The notes beneath the pieces were generated by a model that saw only the letters and a program-made list of their open reading frames with translations, did no database searches and was not told the origin of the DNA. A stretch of 64,000 nucleotides of DNA from Terriglobia bacterium (lineage in GTDB: Bacteria; Acidobacteriota; Terriglobia; 20CM-2-55-15): positions 832,001-896,000 of the forward strand of contig CBDAOY010000008.1 of NCBI GenBank assembly GCA_965198225.1, read 5' to 3'. Below are positions 27,729 through 37,613 of the stretch, piece by piece; within the stretch, counting starts at the first letter, position 1; the number at the start of each line of letters is the position of its first letter. Made by a program: the position numbers and the translations under genes.

Positions 27729-29068
27729 GACAATGCCCCCACGAGTCTATCGATATCGTTTCTGGTGTGGACCTCTGTAACGCACAGGAGCAGGGCATCG
27801 GCAAGTTCGGGGTAGAACCGGGACAGATGAATTCCCGCGACGACACCCGCTTCTCTCGTGCGCCGTAGAATCGCGTCGGCATCGCCTTTCAAACGCACCA
27901 CGAACTCGTTGAAACGAGGGGAAGGGAAGAGGACTTCGTGATCGGTCTTTTCTCTGATCTGGGCAATGGCGTACCCGGCCTTGAGGACGTTTTGTTCGGC
28001 GATAGTCCGGAGTCCTTCCGGTCCGACTGTCGCCAGGTAGATTGTCGTCATCAGCGCGCAGAGAGACTGGTTCGTGCAGATGTTCGAAGTCGCCTTTTCC
28101 CGACGGATGTGCTGCTCTCGGGTGGCGAGAGTCAGCACGAATCCGCGATGGCCTTCGTGATCGGTTCCCATGCCGACCAGGCGTCCAGGGACTTGTCGGA
28201 GGTAGCGGGACCGTGCCGCGATGTAGCCGACGTGTGGGCCGCCGAAGCTCATCGGAACACCCAGGGACTGAGCTTCGCCGACGACGATATCCGCCCTTTG
28301 TTCATCGGGGCCGGCACCGGGCGGGTAGAGCAGTCCGAAGGACATGGCTTCGGCGATGTTGACGATCGAAAGAGCTCCTTGACCGTGGGCCAGCTCCGCT
28401 ATCTCCGATGTGTTCTCGATCGTGCCGAAGAAGTTGGGAGACTGGATCACGACAGCGGCCGTTTCAGAGCCCAGTTCCCTGGCGAGCTCCTCGAGGTCGA
28501 CCCTTCCGGTCTCGGAGAAATCGATGGGATCGATGACGACGCCGAGCTTCCTGGTGTAGGTCTCGACGACGGCCCGGTACTCGGGATGGACGGAACGGGC
28601 GATGAGGAAGCGGTTCCGGCCCGTCACCCGCTGGGCCATCAGGATCGCCTCTGCCAGCCCGGTGCTGCCATCGTAGAGAGAGGCGTTGGACACGTCCATT
28701 CCGGTCAACTGGGTGATGTAGGTTTGGAACTCGAAGATTGCCTGCAGCGTGCCCTGCGCAATCTCGGCCTGGTAGGGCGTGTACGCCGTGAAGAACTCGG
28801 AGCGGGAGACCAATGAGTCGATGATCAGCGGAACATAGTGGGGGTAGACCCCGCCCCCCAGGAAGGACGTCAAGTCCACCTGGTTCCTGGATGCAATGTC
28901 TTCGAAGTAAGCCAGCAGTTCCGGTTCGGTCAGGGCTTCAGGAATGTCGAGCAGCCCTTCGAGGCGAAGCTCCTTCGGAATGCCCGCAAAGAAAGCCTCC
29001 GTGGAGTCGACGCCGATCTCGGTCAGCATCTCCGCGCGGTCGGACGCGGAGTTCGGGATGTATCTCAA
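27725..29068 (-). CDS. gcvPA: Glycine dehydrogenase subunit 1
   Basis: TAYTPYQAEIAQG and REQHIRREKATSNICTNQ motifs. Confidence 0.95.
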   Translation of the reverse strand: MRYIPNSASDRAEMLTEIGVDSTEAFFAGIPKELRLEGLLDIPEALTEPELLAYFEDIASRNQVDLTSFLGGGVYPHYVPLIIDSLVSRSEFFTAYTPYQAEIAQGTLQAIFEFQTYITQLTGMDVSNASLYDGSTGLAEAILMAQRVTGRNRFLIARSVHPEYRAVVETYTRKLGVVIDPIDFSETGRVDLEELARELGSETAAVVIQSPNFFGTIENTSEIAELAHGQGALSIVNIAEAMSFGLLYPPGAGPDEQRADIVVGEAQSLGVPMSFGGPHVGYIAARSRYLRQVPGRLVGMGTDHEGHRGFVLTLATREQHIRREKATSNICTNQSLCALMTTIYLATVGPEGLRTIAEQNVLKAGYAIAQIREKTDHEVLFPSPRFNEFVVRLKGDADAILRRTREAGVVAGIHLSRFYPELADALLLCVTEVHTRNDIDRLVGALS

Positions 29069-29455
29069 CTACTCCTCCGCCGCTGCGGTGAATTCTCCGT
29101 AGGCTTCCGCTGAGAGAAGACTGCCCGTTTCGTCCGGATTCTTGATTCGAATCCGCACCATCCAGCCCTGTCCGTAGGAATCGTCGTTGACCACCTCAGG
29201 TGAATTCTCCAGTTCCCCGTTGATGTCGGTGACCTCGCCCGACACAGGCATGAACAGTTCGGATACGGCTTTCACCGATTCCACCGTTCCGAAGGCTTCG
29301 TTCGCATCGAACGTATCCCCGACCTTCGGCAGCTCGACGAAGACAACGTCGCCCAACTCCTCCTGGGCGTGAGAAGTGATACCGACCAGGCCCGTGTCGC
29401 CCTCGACACGGAGCCACTCATGCTCCTTGGAGTACAGCAAGCCATCCGGGTTCAT
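29069..29455 (-). CDS. gcvH: Glycine cleavage system H protein
   Basis: YSKEHEW and the VESVKA lipoyl-lysine motif. Confidence 0.95.
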   Translation of the reverse strand: MNPDGLLYSKEHEWLRVEGDTGLVGITSHAQEELGDVVFVELPKVGDTFDANEAFGTVESVKAVSELFMPVSGEVTDINGELENSPEVVNDDSYGQGWMVRIRIKNPDETGSLLSAEAYGEFTAAAEE

Positions 29456-29460
29456 ACCGA

Positions 29461-30552
29461 TCATCTCCGTTTATAGAATGGGGTTTTGACGACTGCGGCG
29501 TCGCACAAGCGTTTACGAACGCGAACCTGGAACCGGGTGCCCGGCCCGGTGTGGGCGATGGGCAGGTAGGCGAGGCCGATGTTCTTCTTGAGGGTAATCG
29601 AAGGGCTGCCGCTCGTAACATGACCGACCTCCTTCCCACCGACCAGTGCCGCGTAGTGATCCCGTGCGATGTCGCGCCCGAGCATCTCGAAACCGACAAG
29701 CTTTCTCTGGAGACCAGCCTCCTTCTGCTTGACGAGGGCCTCGCGTCCGACGAAGGAACTCTTGTCCAGCTTGGCTATCCATCCCAGGCCGGCCTCCAGC
29801 AGGGTTGTGGTTTCGTCCATGTCGTTTCCGTAGAGCAGCATCTTGGCTTCGAGGCGCAGCGTGTTCCGAGCGCCCAGACCGACCGGTAGGATACCGTGGG
29901 CCTTGCCCGACTCGAGAATGGCCTCCCAGACCGCTTCAGACTGTTGCCGGTCGAAGTAGAATTCGAACCCGTCTTCACCGGTGTATCCCGTCCTGGACAC
30001 AATCCCGTCAACGCCCGCAAGCTTCGCGCGGGAGAAGCGGTAGTAGGCGATCTGTGACAGATCCACATCCGTGAGCGGCGCAAGTGTTTCCTGCGATCGC
30101 GGTCCCTGGGTTGCGAGCATCGTCGTCCGATCGCTATCGTCCTCGATCCGGGCCCCCGCCTCGTTGTGAGCCTGCAGCCACTGGAAATCTTTCGCGATGT
30201 TTGCCGCATTGACGACCAGCATGTAGGTCTCCGCGTCGACGCGATAAACGAGCAGGTCGTCGACGACGGTGCCTTCCTCGTAGGCCATTGCCGAGTACTG
30301 CGCCTGCCCGTCTTCGAGAAGTGAGACGTCGTTCGAAGTGACAAACTGGAGGAGTTCCCTCACCCCTTCGCCGCGCACGAAAAACTCCCCCATGTGGCTG
30401 ACATCGAACAGTCCGACGGCGTTGCGCACCGCGGCGTGTTCGGCCGTGATGCCGCTGTATTCGACGGGCATTTCCCAGCCGCCGAAGGGAATCAGGCGCG
30501 CTCCGCATCTCTTGTGAGTGTCGTAGAGAGCGGTTCGTTTGATTTCAGGCAT
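29461..30552 (-). CDS. gcvT: Aminomethyltransferase
   Basis: FDVSHMGE, RTGYTGEDGFE and GLGARNTLRLEA motifs. Confidence 0.95.
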   Translation of the reverse strand: MPEIKRTALYDTHKRCGARLIPFGGWEMPVEYSGITAEHAAVRNAVGLFDVSHMGEFFVRGEGVRELLQFVTSNDVSLLEDGQAQYSAMAYEEGTVVDDLLVYRVDAETYMLVVNAANIAKDFQWLQAHNEAGARIEDDSDRTTMLATQGPRSQETLAPLTDVDLSQIAYYRFSRAKLAGVDGIVSRTGYTGEDGFEFYFDRQQSEAVWEAILESGKAHGILPVGLGARNTLRLEAKMLLYGNDMDETTTLLEAGLGWIAKLDKSSFVGREALVKQKEAGLQRKLVGFEMLGRDIARDHYAALVGGKEVGHVTSGSPSITLKKNIGLAYLPIAHTGPGTRFQVRVRKRLCDAAVVKTPFYKRR

Positions 30553-30701
30553 CGGGGCGTAACAACCTCTTCGCACTTCGGTTCTTCGGAGTCAAGAGGG
30601 GGGCAATGGCAGTCTGGCCCCCTGGGCGGAGGGGGCCAGACTCGGAGGCAATGCCTGATGTCGGATCGAAGAACGCGTTTACGTGGACCTGAAACCAGTA
30701 C

Positions 30702-32126
30702 TCACCGACTGAGGCGTGTCATCATCGCGGAGCGCTCGAGCCGTCGGCCGGCCAGGTACACCTCGGCGATGTCCCGGCTGTCGACCATGTTCTCGATCGG
30801 GTTACCGGGGACGAGAAGAAAATCCGCTCGCTTTCCGGCGGCCAACCCGCCACTTTCCTCGTAGCCGAGTATTTTCGCCGACGTGACGGTGGCTGCCACG
30901 ATGGCCTGTTCCGGGGTCAGGCCCGCGGCGACCATCAACTCCAGCTCACGATGCTCGAAGAAGCCGGGGAAACGATCGAGCGTTCCCGAATCACTGCCGA
31001 AACCTATCGTGACGCCGGCGTCGGAGAGCGTCTTCAGGTTTCGCATTGCCGTGTCGAACTGACGACGACGTGCATTCAGGTTGAGGTCCTGTTGCGCCCT
31101 GCCGACAAAACCGGGGCTCGATATTCGGCCGACGGTACTTCCACTGACGGTCTCGCGCAGCGATCTGTCACCGAGCCAGGCCGGTTCATCGGCGTAAGTG
31201 AAGGCGGATTCGTGCCCGGTCAGGGTCGGGACATAGAACACGTCGTTCTCGACCATTGCCTGGACCAACGCGTCGTCGACATTGCGGTCTCGGATACTGT
31301 GCACCAGACCATCGACCCCGGCGTCTACGAGGCGTTTTGCGTCGGCCAGGTAAAGAACATGAGCGACGACGCGAATGTTGTTCTGGTGTGCTTCATCGAT
31401 GACTGCGGAATAGAACTCCGGTCGCAGCTTGGGCACCGTTGCGACCTGATCGGCGAGTCGCCCTCCCCGGTAGATCTGTCCGGTCACCTGACGAGCGTCG
31501 TCCACCCAGACCTTGACGAAATCCACTTCCTTGGCCGCGAGGTCCCGAACCGCTTGTCGGGCCTCCTCCTCGCTGTTCACCTGGATCGGTACTTCGCCCA
31601 TGCCATCCAAAGTCGACGGGAATCCGCCTCTTCCGGTGATGCCCTGGCCGGCTGTGAACAGCCGGGTGCCGCTCAGTTCACCCGAGCGCTGTTCAGTGCG
31701 GATCTGAAATGCGAGATCGCCGACATCGCTCCCCAGTACGGCGACGGAACCGACGCCGTAGTAAAGATATCGGTCGAGGTCGTCCACCACGGTTTCCCGG
31801 GAATAGTTGGCCACATCAAAGTTCGAGCCGATCGTCAAGCCCACATGCCCGTGCATGTTGTGCATGAAGGGGAAAACGGTATGGTTTGAGAGATCGAAGC
31901 GGTCCGCGCCAGGGGGGTGCTCCACCTCTGCTATCGGGCCGATAGCCCGGATGATTCCGTCGTCGACGATGATCGCGACGTTTTCAATAAGCTGTCCGTC
32001 CGGCCCTATCGCGTTGCCGTTCTCGAAATACGTGACGAGAATTTCCTCCTCGTCGGTTGTATCGGGGGGCGGGCCACACGCACTCAGGGCGAGTAGGAAG
32101 AGGACCAAAAGCGAGACACGATTCAT
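30702..32126 (-). CDS. Amidohydrolase-family lipoprotein
   Basis: Lipobox LSAC; NMHGH, VKVW, VAH, LVH and GSDSG motifs. The ORF track's 737-aa version over-extends the start. Confidence 0.82.
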   Translation of the reverse strand: MNRVSLLVLFLLALSACGPPPDTTDEEEILVTYFENGNAIGPDGQLIENVAIIVDDGIIRAIGPIAEVEHPPGADRFDLSNHTVFPFMHNMHGHVGLTIGSNFDVANYSRETVVDDLDRYLYYGVGSVAVLGSDVGDLAFQIRTEQRSGELSGTRLFTAGQGITGRGGFPSTLDGMGEVPIQVNSEEEARQAVRDLAAKEVDFVKVWVDDARQVTGQIYRGGRLADQVATVPKLRPEFYSAVIDEAHQNNIRVVAHVLYLADAKRLVDAGVDGLVHSIRDRNVDDALVQAMVENDVFYVPTLTGHESAFTYADEPAWLGDRSLRETVSGSTVGRISSPGFVGRAQQDLNLNARRRQFDTAMRNLKTLSDAGVTIGFGSDSGTLDRFPGFFEHRELELMVAAGLTPEQAIVAATVTSAKILGYEESGGLAAGKRADFLLVPGNPIENMVDSRDIAEVYLAGRRLERSAMMTRLSR

Positions 32127-32291
32127 TCCATGCAACTCCTTGAGATGGGGTGTCAAAAAAGGTTTTAAAGTATAGCATACGCTTGACATCCCGGAACCCG
32201 CGGTTGCAACTTTGATACAGTCTGTAGTCCTGTCCTCACAACTTGGAGCCGGATTTCGCGAGCATCCCGGGACGGTGAAGGGAGTGGGTCC

Positions 32292-33278
32292 GTGCGCAGC
32301 AGGGTATACGTCACTCGGCGCATATTTGATGAGGCCATCGTCTTTCTCGCCGAGCAGGTCGAGGTTGTCGGGAACGCCACGGACCGCATCCTCGATCCGG
32401 GCGAACTGCGGGACTCGCTCCAGGGGATGGATGGGGTTCTCTGCCTGCTGACCGATCGGATCGACGCCCCCCTGATGGATTTCTGCCCAAACCTCCGCGT
32501 TGTGGCTGATGTTGCCGTGGGCTTCAACAACATCGATCTCGAGGCTGCGACCGAACGGGGCATTCTCGTCACAAACACGCCCGGGGTACTGACCGAAACG
32601 ACGGCCGACTTCGCCTGGAGCCTGTTGATGGCCGCCGCGCGGCGGGTGGTCGAGGCGGATCGTTATGTTCGGGCGGGAAAATTCAAAGCCTGGGGTCCGA
32701 AGCTGCTGCTCGGCCAGGACCTTCACGGGAGGGTCCTGGGCGTGATCGGCCTCGGACGGATCGGCCAGGCCGTCGCGCGCCGGGCAGCGGGGTTCGACAT
32801 GGAAGTTCTGTTCTTCGATCCCCAGGAGATCGCCGAAGGCGTCGTTCGCGAGTTGGGAGTTCATAGAGCGTCGCTCGAGGAAATCTTCCGAAACGCGGAC
32901 TTCATAAGCCTTCACGTCCCTCTCGTGGAAGAGACCCTACACCTGCTCGACGACGATGCATTTCGTTTGATGAAACCCAACTGCGTAGTGGTAAACACCT
33001 CGCGCGGCGCAGTGATCGACGAGAAGGCGCTGGTCCGTGCACTCCAGGAGGGTGCGATCGCGGGTGCGGGGCTCGACGTTTACGAGCGGGAACCCGACAT
33101 CGAACGGTCGCTCCTGGACCTGGAAAGCGTGGTCCTCGCACCCCACATCGCGAGCGCGTCACGGGAAACCCGGTTAAGGATGTGTATGATGGCTGCTGAG
33201 AACCTCCTCGCCGGTCTGCGCGGCGAACGCCCGGAAAACCTCGTCAACACGGACGCATGGGACAGACCACGCCGATAA
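32292..33278 (+). CDS. D-glycerate/glyoxylate reductase (D-2-hydroxyacid dehydrogenase)
   Basis: TNTPGVLTETTAD, GLGRIG, NTSRG, LDVYEREP and PHIASA motifs. Confidence 0.9.
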   Translation: MRSRVYVTRRIFDEAIVFLAEQVEVVGNATDRILDPGELRDSLQGMDGVLCLLTDRIDAPLMDFCPNLRVVADVAVGFNNIDLEAATERGILVTNTPGVLTETTADFAWSLLMAAARRVVEADRYVRAGKFKAWGPKLLLGQDLHGRVLGVIGLGRIGQAVARRAAGFDMEVLFFDPQEIAEGVVRELGVHRASLEEIFRNADFISLHVPLVEETLHLLDDDAFRLMKPNCVVVNTSRGAVIDEKALVRALQEGAIAGAGLDVYEREPDIERSLLDLESVVLAPHIASASRETRLRMCMMAAENLLAGLRGERPENLVNTDAWDRPRR

Positions 33279-34204
33279 CCACGATCAAGCCACCTGCCCT
33301 GAAGACGGGCGACACCATTGGCGTCGTCGCCCCGTCCAGCAACATCAGGCGGGACAAGCTGGCGGCGGGCTGCCGCGAGTTGGAGAGTCTCGGCTTCAAG
33401 GTCCGCTACCGCGAGGACATACATTCCGAGCATCGGTACCTTGCCGGCGGGGTGCATCGGCGCGTCGAGGAGTTCCGGGAGATGCTCGAAGATCCCGGTG
33501 TCGCCGCTATATTCTGCGCTCGCGGCGGCTACGGAAGCGGCCATCTGCTCGAACACTTCTCCAGCGATGAAATCCTGAGGAATCCGAAAATCCTGTGCGG
33601 GGCCAGTGACATCACCATGCTCCTGAACGTCTTCGTGAACGCCGGAGTGGTCGGGTTTCACGGTCCGATGGTCGCGACAGTGCTCAACCAGGGGCCCGAG
33701 GCATACGACCGCGACGTTCTCCTGGGCATGCTGGTCGACGGAGACAAGACGCGTTTCCCGACCCTCGGGACGAAGATCGTGCGCGAGGGCGAAGCCGAAG
33801 GCCGGCTGCTGGGTGGCTGCCTGTCGCTGCTGGTTTCGACGCTGGGCACCGACTGGGAGATCGACACCGCCGAGGGGCTCCTGTTCCTGGAAGATGTGGA
33901 TGCCAAACCGTACCAGGTCGACCGGATGCTGACTCACCTGAAACAGGCCGGCAAACTCGACCAGATCTGCGGTCTTGTATTCGGGGAAATGTTGGGTTGC
34001 CGCCAGCATCCGAATCAGGGGTACGAGCTCGAGGAACTCGTGAGCGACTTCTTCGCCCCCTGGGGAGTGCCTGTCCTGTTCGGGTTCCCGAGTGGACACA
34101 CATCGCGGCCCAATGTCGTTCTGCCCTTTGGGGTTCGCGCCCGTCTTGCCCTGGGCGAAACAAGCGTTTTCGAACTGGTTGAGCCCGCTGTCGAAACTGC
34201 CTAG
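33257..34204 (+). CDS. ldcA: LD-carboxypeptidase (S66)
   Basis: RGGYG, GASDIT, FHGPM, LFLED and GH motifs. Confidence 0.85.
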   Translation: MGQTTPITTIKPPALKTGDTIGVVAPSSNIRRDKLAAGCRELESLGFKVRYREDIHSEHRYLAGGVHRRVEEFREMLEDPGVAAIFCARGGYGSGHLLEHFSSDEILRNPKILCGASDITMLLNVFVNAGVVGFHGPMVATVLNQGPEAYDRDVLLGMLVDGDKTRFPTLGTKIVREGEAEGRLLGGCLSLLVSTLGTDWEIDTAEGLLFLEDVDAKPYQVDRMLTHLKQAGKLDQICGLVFGEMLGCRQHPNQGYELEELVSDFFAPWGVPVLFGFPSGHTSRPNVVLPFGVRARLALGETSVFELVEPAVETA

Positions 34205-34214
34205 CCTTGCAGCC

Positions 34215-35654
34215 GTGGATAAGACCATCAAACACATCTATCTTGCTGGGATTTGTGGCACCGCGATGGCCTCCCTTGCCGGGATGCTGAAGGAAGCGGG
34301 CTATGAAGTTTCGGGCTCGGACTCGGCGGTCTACCCCCCGATGTCTGCTTTTCTTCAGGGTCTTGATATCCCAGTCTATGAGGGTTTTAGTGAGGATAAC
34401 CTAAAGCGACACGTCCCAGATCTTGTGGTCATCGGGAATGTCCTCTCGCGGGGTAACCCGGAAGTCGAGTATGTCCTGAATGAGGACTTGCGGTACCGCT
34501 CGATGCCGGAAACGCTGAAGGAACTCTTCATCCGGGGACGGCGTTCTGTCGTCGTGACGGGAACTCACGGTAAGACCAGGACTACCGCCATGCTTGCCTG
34601 GATGCTGACCTTTGCGGGCCGGGACCCGTCTTTTCTGCTGGGCGGTATCGCCGAGAACTTCCAGAGCAGCTTCCAGATGGGCGGCGGCGCCGATTTCGTG
34701 GTTGAAGGAGACGAGTACGATACGGCCTTCTTCGATAAAGCGCCGAAGTTTCTCCACTACATGCCGCGAATCGCCGTGGTGAAGAACATCGAGTTCGACC
34801 ATGCCGACATCTATCCCGACCTGGAGGCGATCAAGCTGGCTTTTAGACGCTTCGTAAATATCGTTCCCAGCGACGGCCTGCTCATAGCCGGCGTGGACAG
34901 CCCGGCCGTTCGGGAAGTCCTCGCCCACGCTCAATCCAGGGTGGCGACTTACGGACTTGAGAACGGCGACTGGAGGGCGGAGGAATTGGAGGCGACCCAC
35001 CGAGGGATGGCCTTTGCTGTTGTGCTTCGGGATGAGCTCTGGTATCGCTTTCGCATCCCCTTGCCGGGTGAGTTCAACGTGCGGAACGCGTTGAGCGCGA
35101 TCGTCGCCGGCGACGAATTGGGGCTGTCGGCCGTTGAGATGCAGGAGGCGCTTTCCAGGTTCCGGAATGTTCGAAGGCGCCTTGAACTGCGTGGGGAAGT
35201 GGCCGGCGTCCGAATTTACGATGATTTCGCTCATCATCCGACGGCGGTGAGAGAGACCCTGAAGGGAATTCGCGCCCAGTTTCCCGGCAGGAGGATCTGG
35301 GCGGTGTTCGAGCCTCGGTCTCAGACTTCTCGCCGATCTCTGCTCGAGCAGGAGTTCGGCGCGGCGCTGGGTTTGGCCGACATTGCGATCGTCGCTCCGG
35401 TCCACCGGCCGTCTGGTCTGGATCCAGCCGAGCGACTGTCGCCCGAACGGATCGTGCAGGCCCTGGAGCGGAGTGGGTGCCGAGCCCACACGTTCGACAC
35501 GACAGACGAAATAGTGCAGTTCGTGGCCGCAGAGGCGGCCGACGGGGACCAGGTGGTCATCATGTCGAATGGGAGATTCGACAACATCCATGAACGACTC
35601 CTCGAGCTGTTGAACCACACCTGCGCGAGCCTTGGTGGGCAGGGGGACTCTTGA
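34215..35654 (+). CDS. mpl: Murein peptide ligase
   Basis: GICGTAMASLA, VYPPMS, GTHGK, EGDEYDTAFFDK and DDFAHHPTA motifs. Confidence 0.93.
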   Translation: MDKTIKHIYLAGICGTAMASLAGMLKEAGYEVSGSDSAVYPPMSAFLQGLDIPVYEGFSEDNLKRHVPDLVVIGNVLSRGNPEVEYVLNEDLRYRSMPETLKELFIRGRRSVVVTGTHGKTRTTAMLAWMLTFAGRDPSFLLGGIAENFQSSFQMGGGADFVVEGDEYDTAFFDKAPKFLHYMPRIAVVKNIEFDHADIYPDLEAIKLAFRRFVNIVPSDGLLIAGVDSPAVREVLAHAQSRVATYGLENGDWRAEELEATHRGMAFAVVLRDELWYRFRIPLPGEFNVRNALSAIVAGDELGLSAVEMQEALSRFRNVRRRLELRGEVAGVRIYDDFAHHPTAVRETLKGIRAQFPGRRIWAVFEPRSQTSRRSLLEQEFGAALGLADIAIVAPVHRPSGLDPAERLSPERIVQALERSGCRAHTFDTTDEIVQFVAAEAADGDQVVIMSNGRFDNIHERLLELLNHTCASLGGQGDS

Positions 35655-35655
35655 C

Positions 35656-37158
35656 ATGGGAAGATTGGTACTGACTACGCTGATCTGGGCAATTCCGGCT
35701 TTCTCTCAATCAGTCCACTATCGGGTAGCGATGCCCGATCCCGGCAGCCACCTGTTTCACATCGAGATTGAGATCGAGAACCCCGGCGGCGAATCCATGG
35801 AGCTGGGGTTGCCGGCTTGGAATGCGACGTATGTGATTCGGAACTTTGCCCAGTTCCTTCAGGGCTTCGACGCCAACGTCCCCGCGAGGCGGATTGACAA
35901 GCAGACGTGGCGCATTGAACCCGGAACGGAAACGTCGGTGCGGGTCCGGTACACGATCTACGCGAACCAGAAGAGCCCTTTCTCGAGCGAGCTCAACGAG
36001 CAACATGCCTTCTTCAACAGCGCCAACCTCCTGCTGCTCTGGAAGCAGCAACGGGATCTTGCAGTGACGCTGGAGATCGAGCCACCTCGGGGTTGGACGA
36101 TCGCAACCAGCCTCCCGCCGACAGCCCGGGAGAACTTATTTCAAGCGGACAATTACGACCATCTGGTCGATAGTCCCGTCGATGTCGGCATCCTCGACCG
36201 GCACAGCTTCACTGTCCGGGGAGTTCCCGTGTACGTCATCGTGGACGGAGCTCACAGGGACTACGACGCCGACGAACTCGTGTCGGTTCTGGAGCGCATG
36301 GTGGCGGGCCATGTCGATCTCATGGGGGACGTCCCGTTCGACCACTATTACTTCCTCTACCACTTCACGAGAGAACGGAGCGGCGGAGGGATGGAACATC
36401 GGGACTCGACCGCCATTCACCGGACGTTCGCACCCGACGAGAGATCGGTACAGGGGGTTGTCGGCGTCAGTTCCCACGAGTTCTTCCACCTGTGGAACGT
36501 CAAACGAATCCGGCCGCAGAACATGGAACCGATCGACTACTTCCAGGAAGACTACAGCACGGCCCTCTGGTTCAGCGAAGGGTTTACCAGCTACTACGGC
36601 GGCCTCGTCCTGACACGGACCGAGCTTCAGAGCCGCCGGCAGTACTACCGGTCGCTGGCCCGCCAGATTCGGACGCTCCAGTCCCGGCCGGGAAGGCGGA
36701 AGCTGTCAGCGGCCCACTCCAGCCTGTTGACCTGGTTCGACGATCGAACTTTCTTCAACACGGCTGAAAACAGCTTTTCCTACTACAACAAGGGACTGTT
36801 GATTGGGTTGTTGCTCGACCTGAAGATTCGTGACGCCAGTGACAACCGGTTCACGCTCGATGACGTAGTGAGACATCTCAACGAAGACTACGCGAAGAAA
36901 GGACGCTACTTCGAGGACGACTACGGCGTCGCCCGTGCGATCACAGAAGTTACGGGTCTGGACCTGGACGAGATCTATACCGATTTCGTGCATCGCACCG
37001 CCGAGCTCCCGTACGCGGAATACCTCGGATACGCGGGGCTCGAACTGGTCGAGGGGACCGGTCAGGGGGGGGCGGCCGGCTACGAGATCCACGAGACGGA
37101 AAACACCAGCCCGAAGCAGCTCGCAATTCGCGAGTCCTGGCTAAGCGGAGGAGGTTGA
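35656..37158 (+). CDS. M61 family metallopeptidase
   Basis: GGMEH, HEFFHLWNVKRIRP, LWFSEGFTSYY and SYYNKG motifs. Confidence 0.92.
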   Translation: MGRLVLTTLIWAIPAFSQSVHYRVAMPDPGSHLFHIEIEIENPGGESMELGLPAWNATYVIRNFAQFLQGFDANVPARRIDKQTWRIEPGTETSVRVRYTIYANQKSPFSSELNEQHAFFNSANLLLLWKQQRDLAVTLEIEPPRGWTIATSLPPTARENLFQADNYDHLVDSPVDVGILDRHSFTVRGVPVYVIVDGAHRDYDADELVSVLERMVAGHVDLMGDVPFDHYYFLYHFTRERSGGGMEHRDSTAIHRTFAPDERSVQGVVGVSSHEFFHLWNVKRIRPQNMEPIDYFQEDYSTALWFSEGFTSYYGGLVLTRTELQSRRQYYRSLARQIRTLQSRPGRRKLSAAHSSLLTWFDDRTFFNTAENSFSYYNKGLLIGLLLDLKIRDASDNRFTLDDVVRHLNEDYAKKGRYFEDDYGVARAITEVTGLDLDEIYTDFVHRTAELPYAEYLGYAGLELVEGTGQGGAAGYEIHETENTSPKQLAIRESWLSGGG

Positions 37159-37159
37159 G

Positions 37160-37561
37160 TTGGGGACCGCGAAACTGATGTATTCGCTGATCTGCGACGA
37201 CGTCCGACTGGAGGTCGGGAACAAGCTGTCGTTGATGGGCGTCTTCCAGAACGTTTTCCTTGCGACCTTTCCGTCCGCGGTGGTGAAGTTCGCCGTCGTC
37301 AATCACTGGGAGGGAAACGGCGAGTTCGAGACGCAGGTCAAGATCCTGAACCCTGCGCGCGAGGAAACCGTGTCTTCGGTATCGGCCTCCTTCGCGATCT
37401 CGGGCCAGGGCCATGCCGACAACATCACTTTCTTCGCGAACGTCACATTCGATCGGCCCGGTACCTACACCCTCCAGGTCTTTCTGTCCGGGGACCTCGT
37501 TAAAGAGAGTCCCCTGCATGTTCGGCAAGTCCAGACTGCGCCGTCGGGTCCGGTTAATTAG
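37160..37561 (+). CDS. DUF6941-like protein
   Basis: LICDDVRLEVGNKLSLMGVF...FDRPGTY. Confidence 0.6.
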   Translation: MGTAKLMYSLICDDVRLEVGNKLSLMGVFQNVFLATFPSAVVKFAVVNHWEGNGEFETQVKILNPAREETVSSVSASFAISGQGHADNITFFANVTFDRPGTYTLQVFLSGDLVKESPLHVRQVQTAPSGPVN

Positions 37562-37567
37562 GGGAAA

Positions 37568-37595
37568 GTAGGCCGTTGTCCGTAGGCCGTTGTTC
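37568..37595. repeat. GTAGGCCGTTGTCC tandem repeat
   Basis: Same motif at 40227-40253 and inverted at 40316-40348. Confidence 0.7.
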
Positions 37596-37613
37596 GTTTG
37601 AAGAGGAGGGAGG

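Noticed and set aside
30553-30701. Glycine riboswitch upstream of gcvT
   Set aside because: No tandem aptamer motifs recognised; only a simple hairpin (AGTCTGGCCCCC...GGGGGCCAGACT).
32127-32915. N-terminal extensions in the ORF track (30702-32915, 21327-23048, 58491-60248, 55824-57083)
   Set aside because: The extensions overlap other genes; the true starts are downstream, at the signal peptide or family N-terminus.
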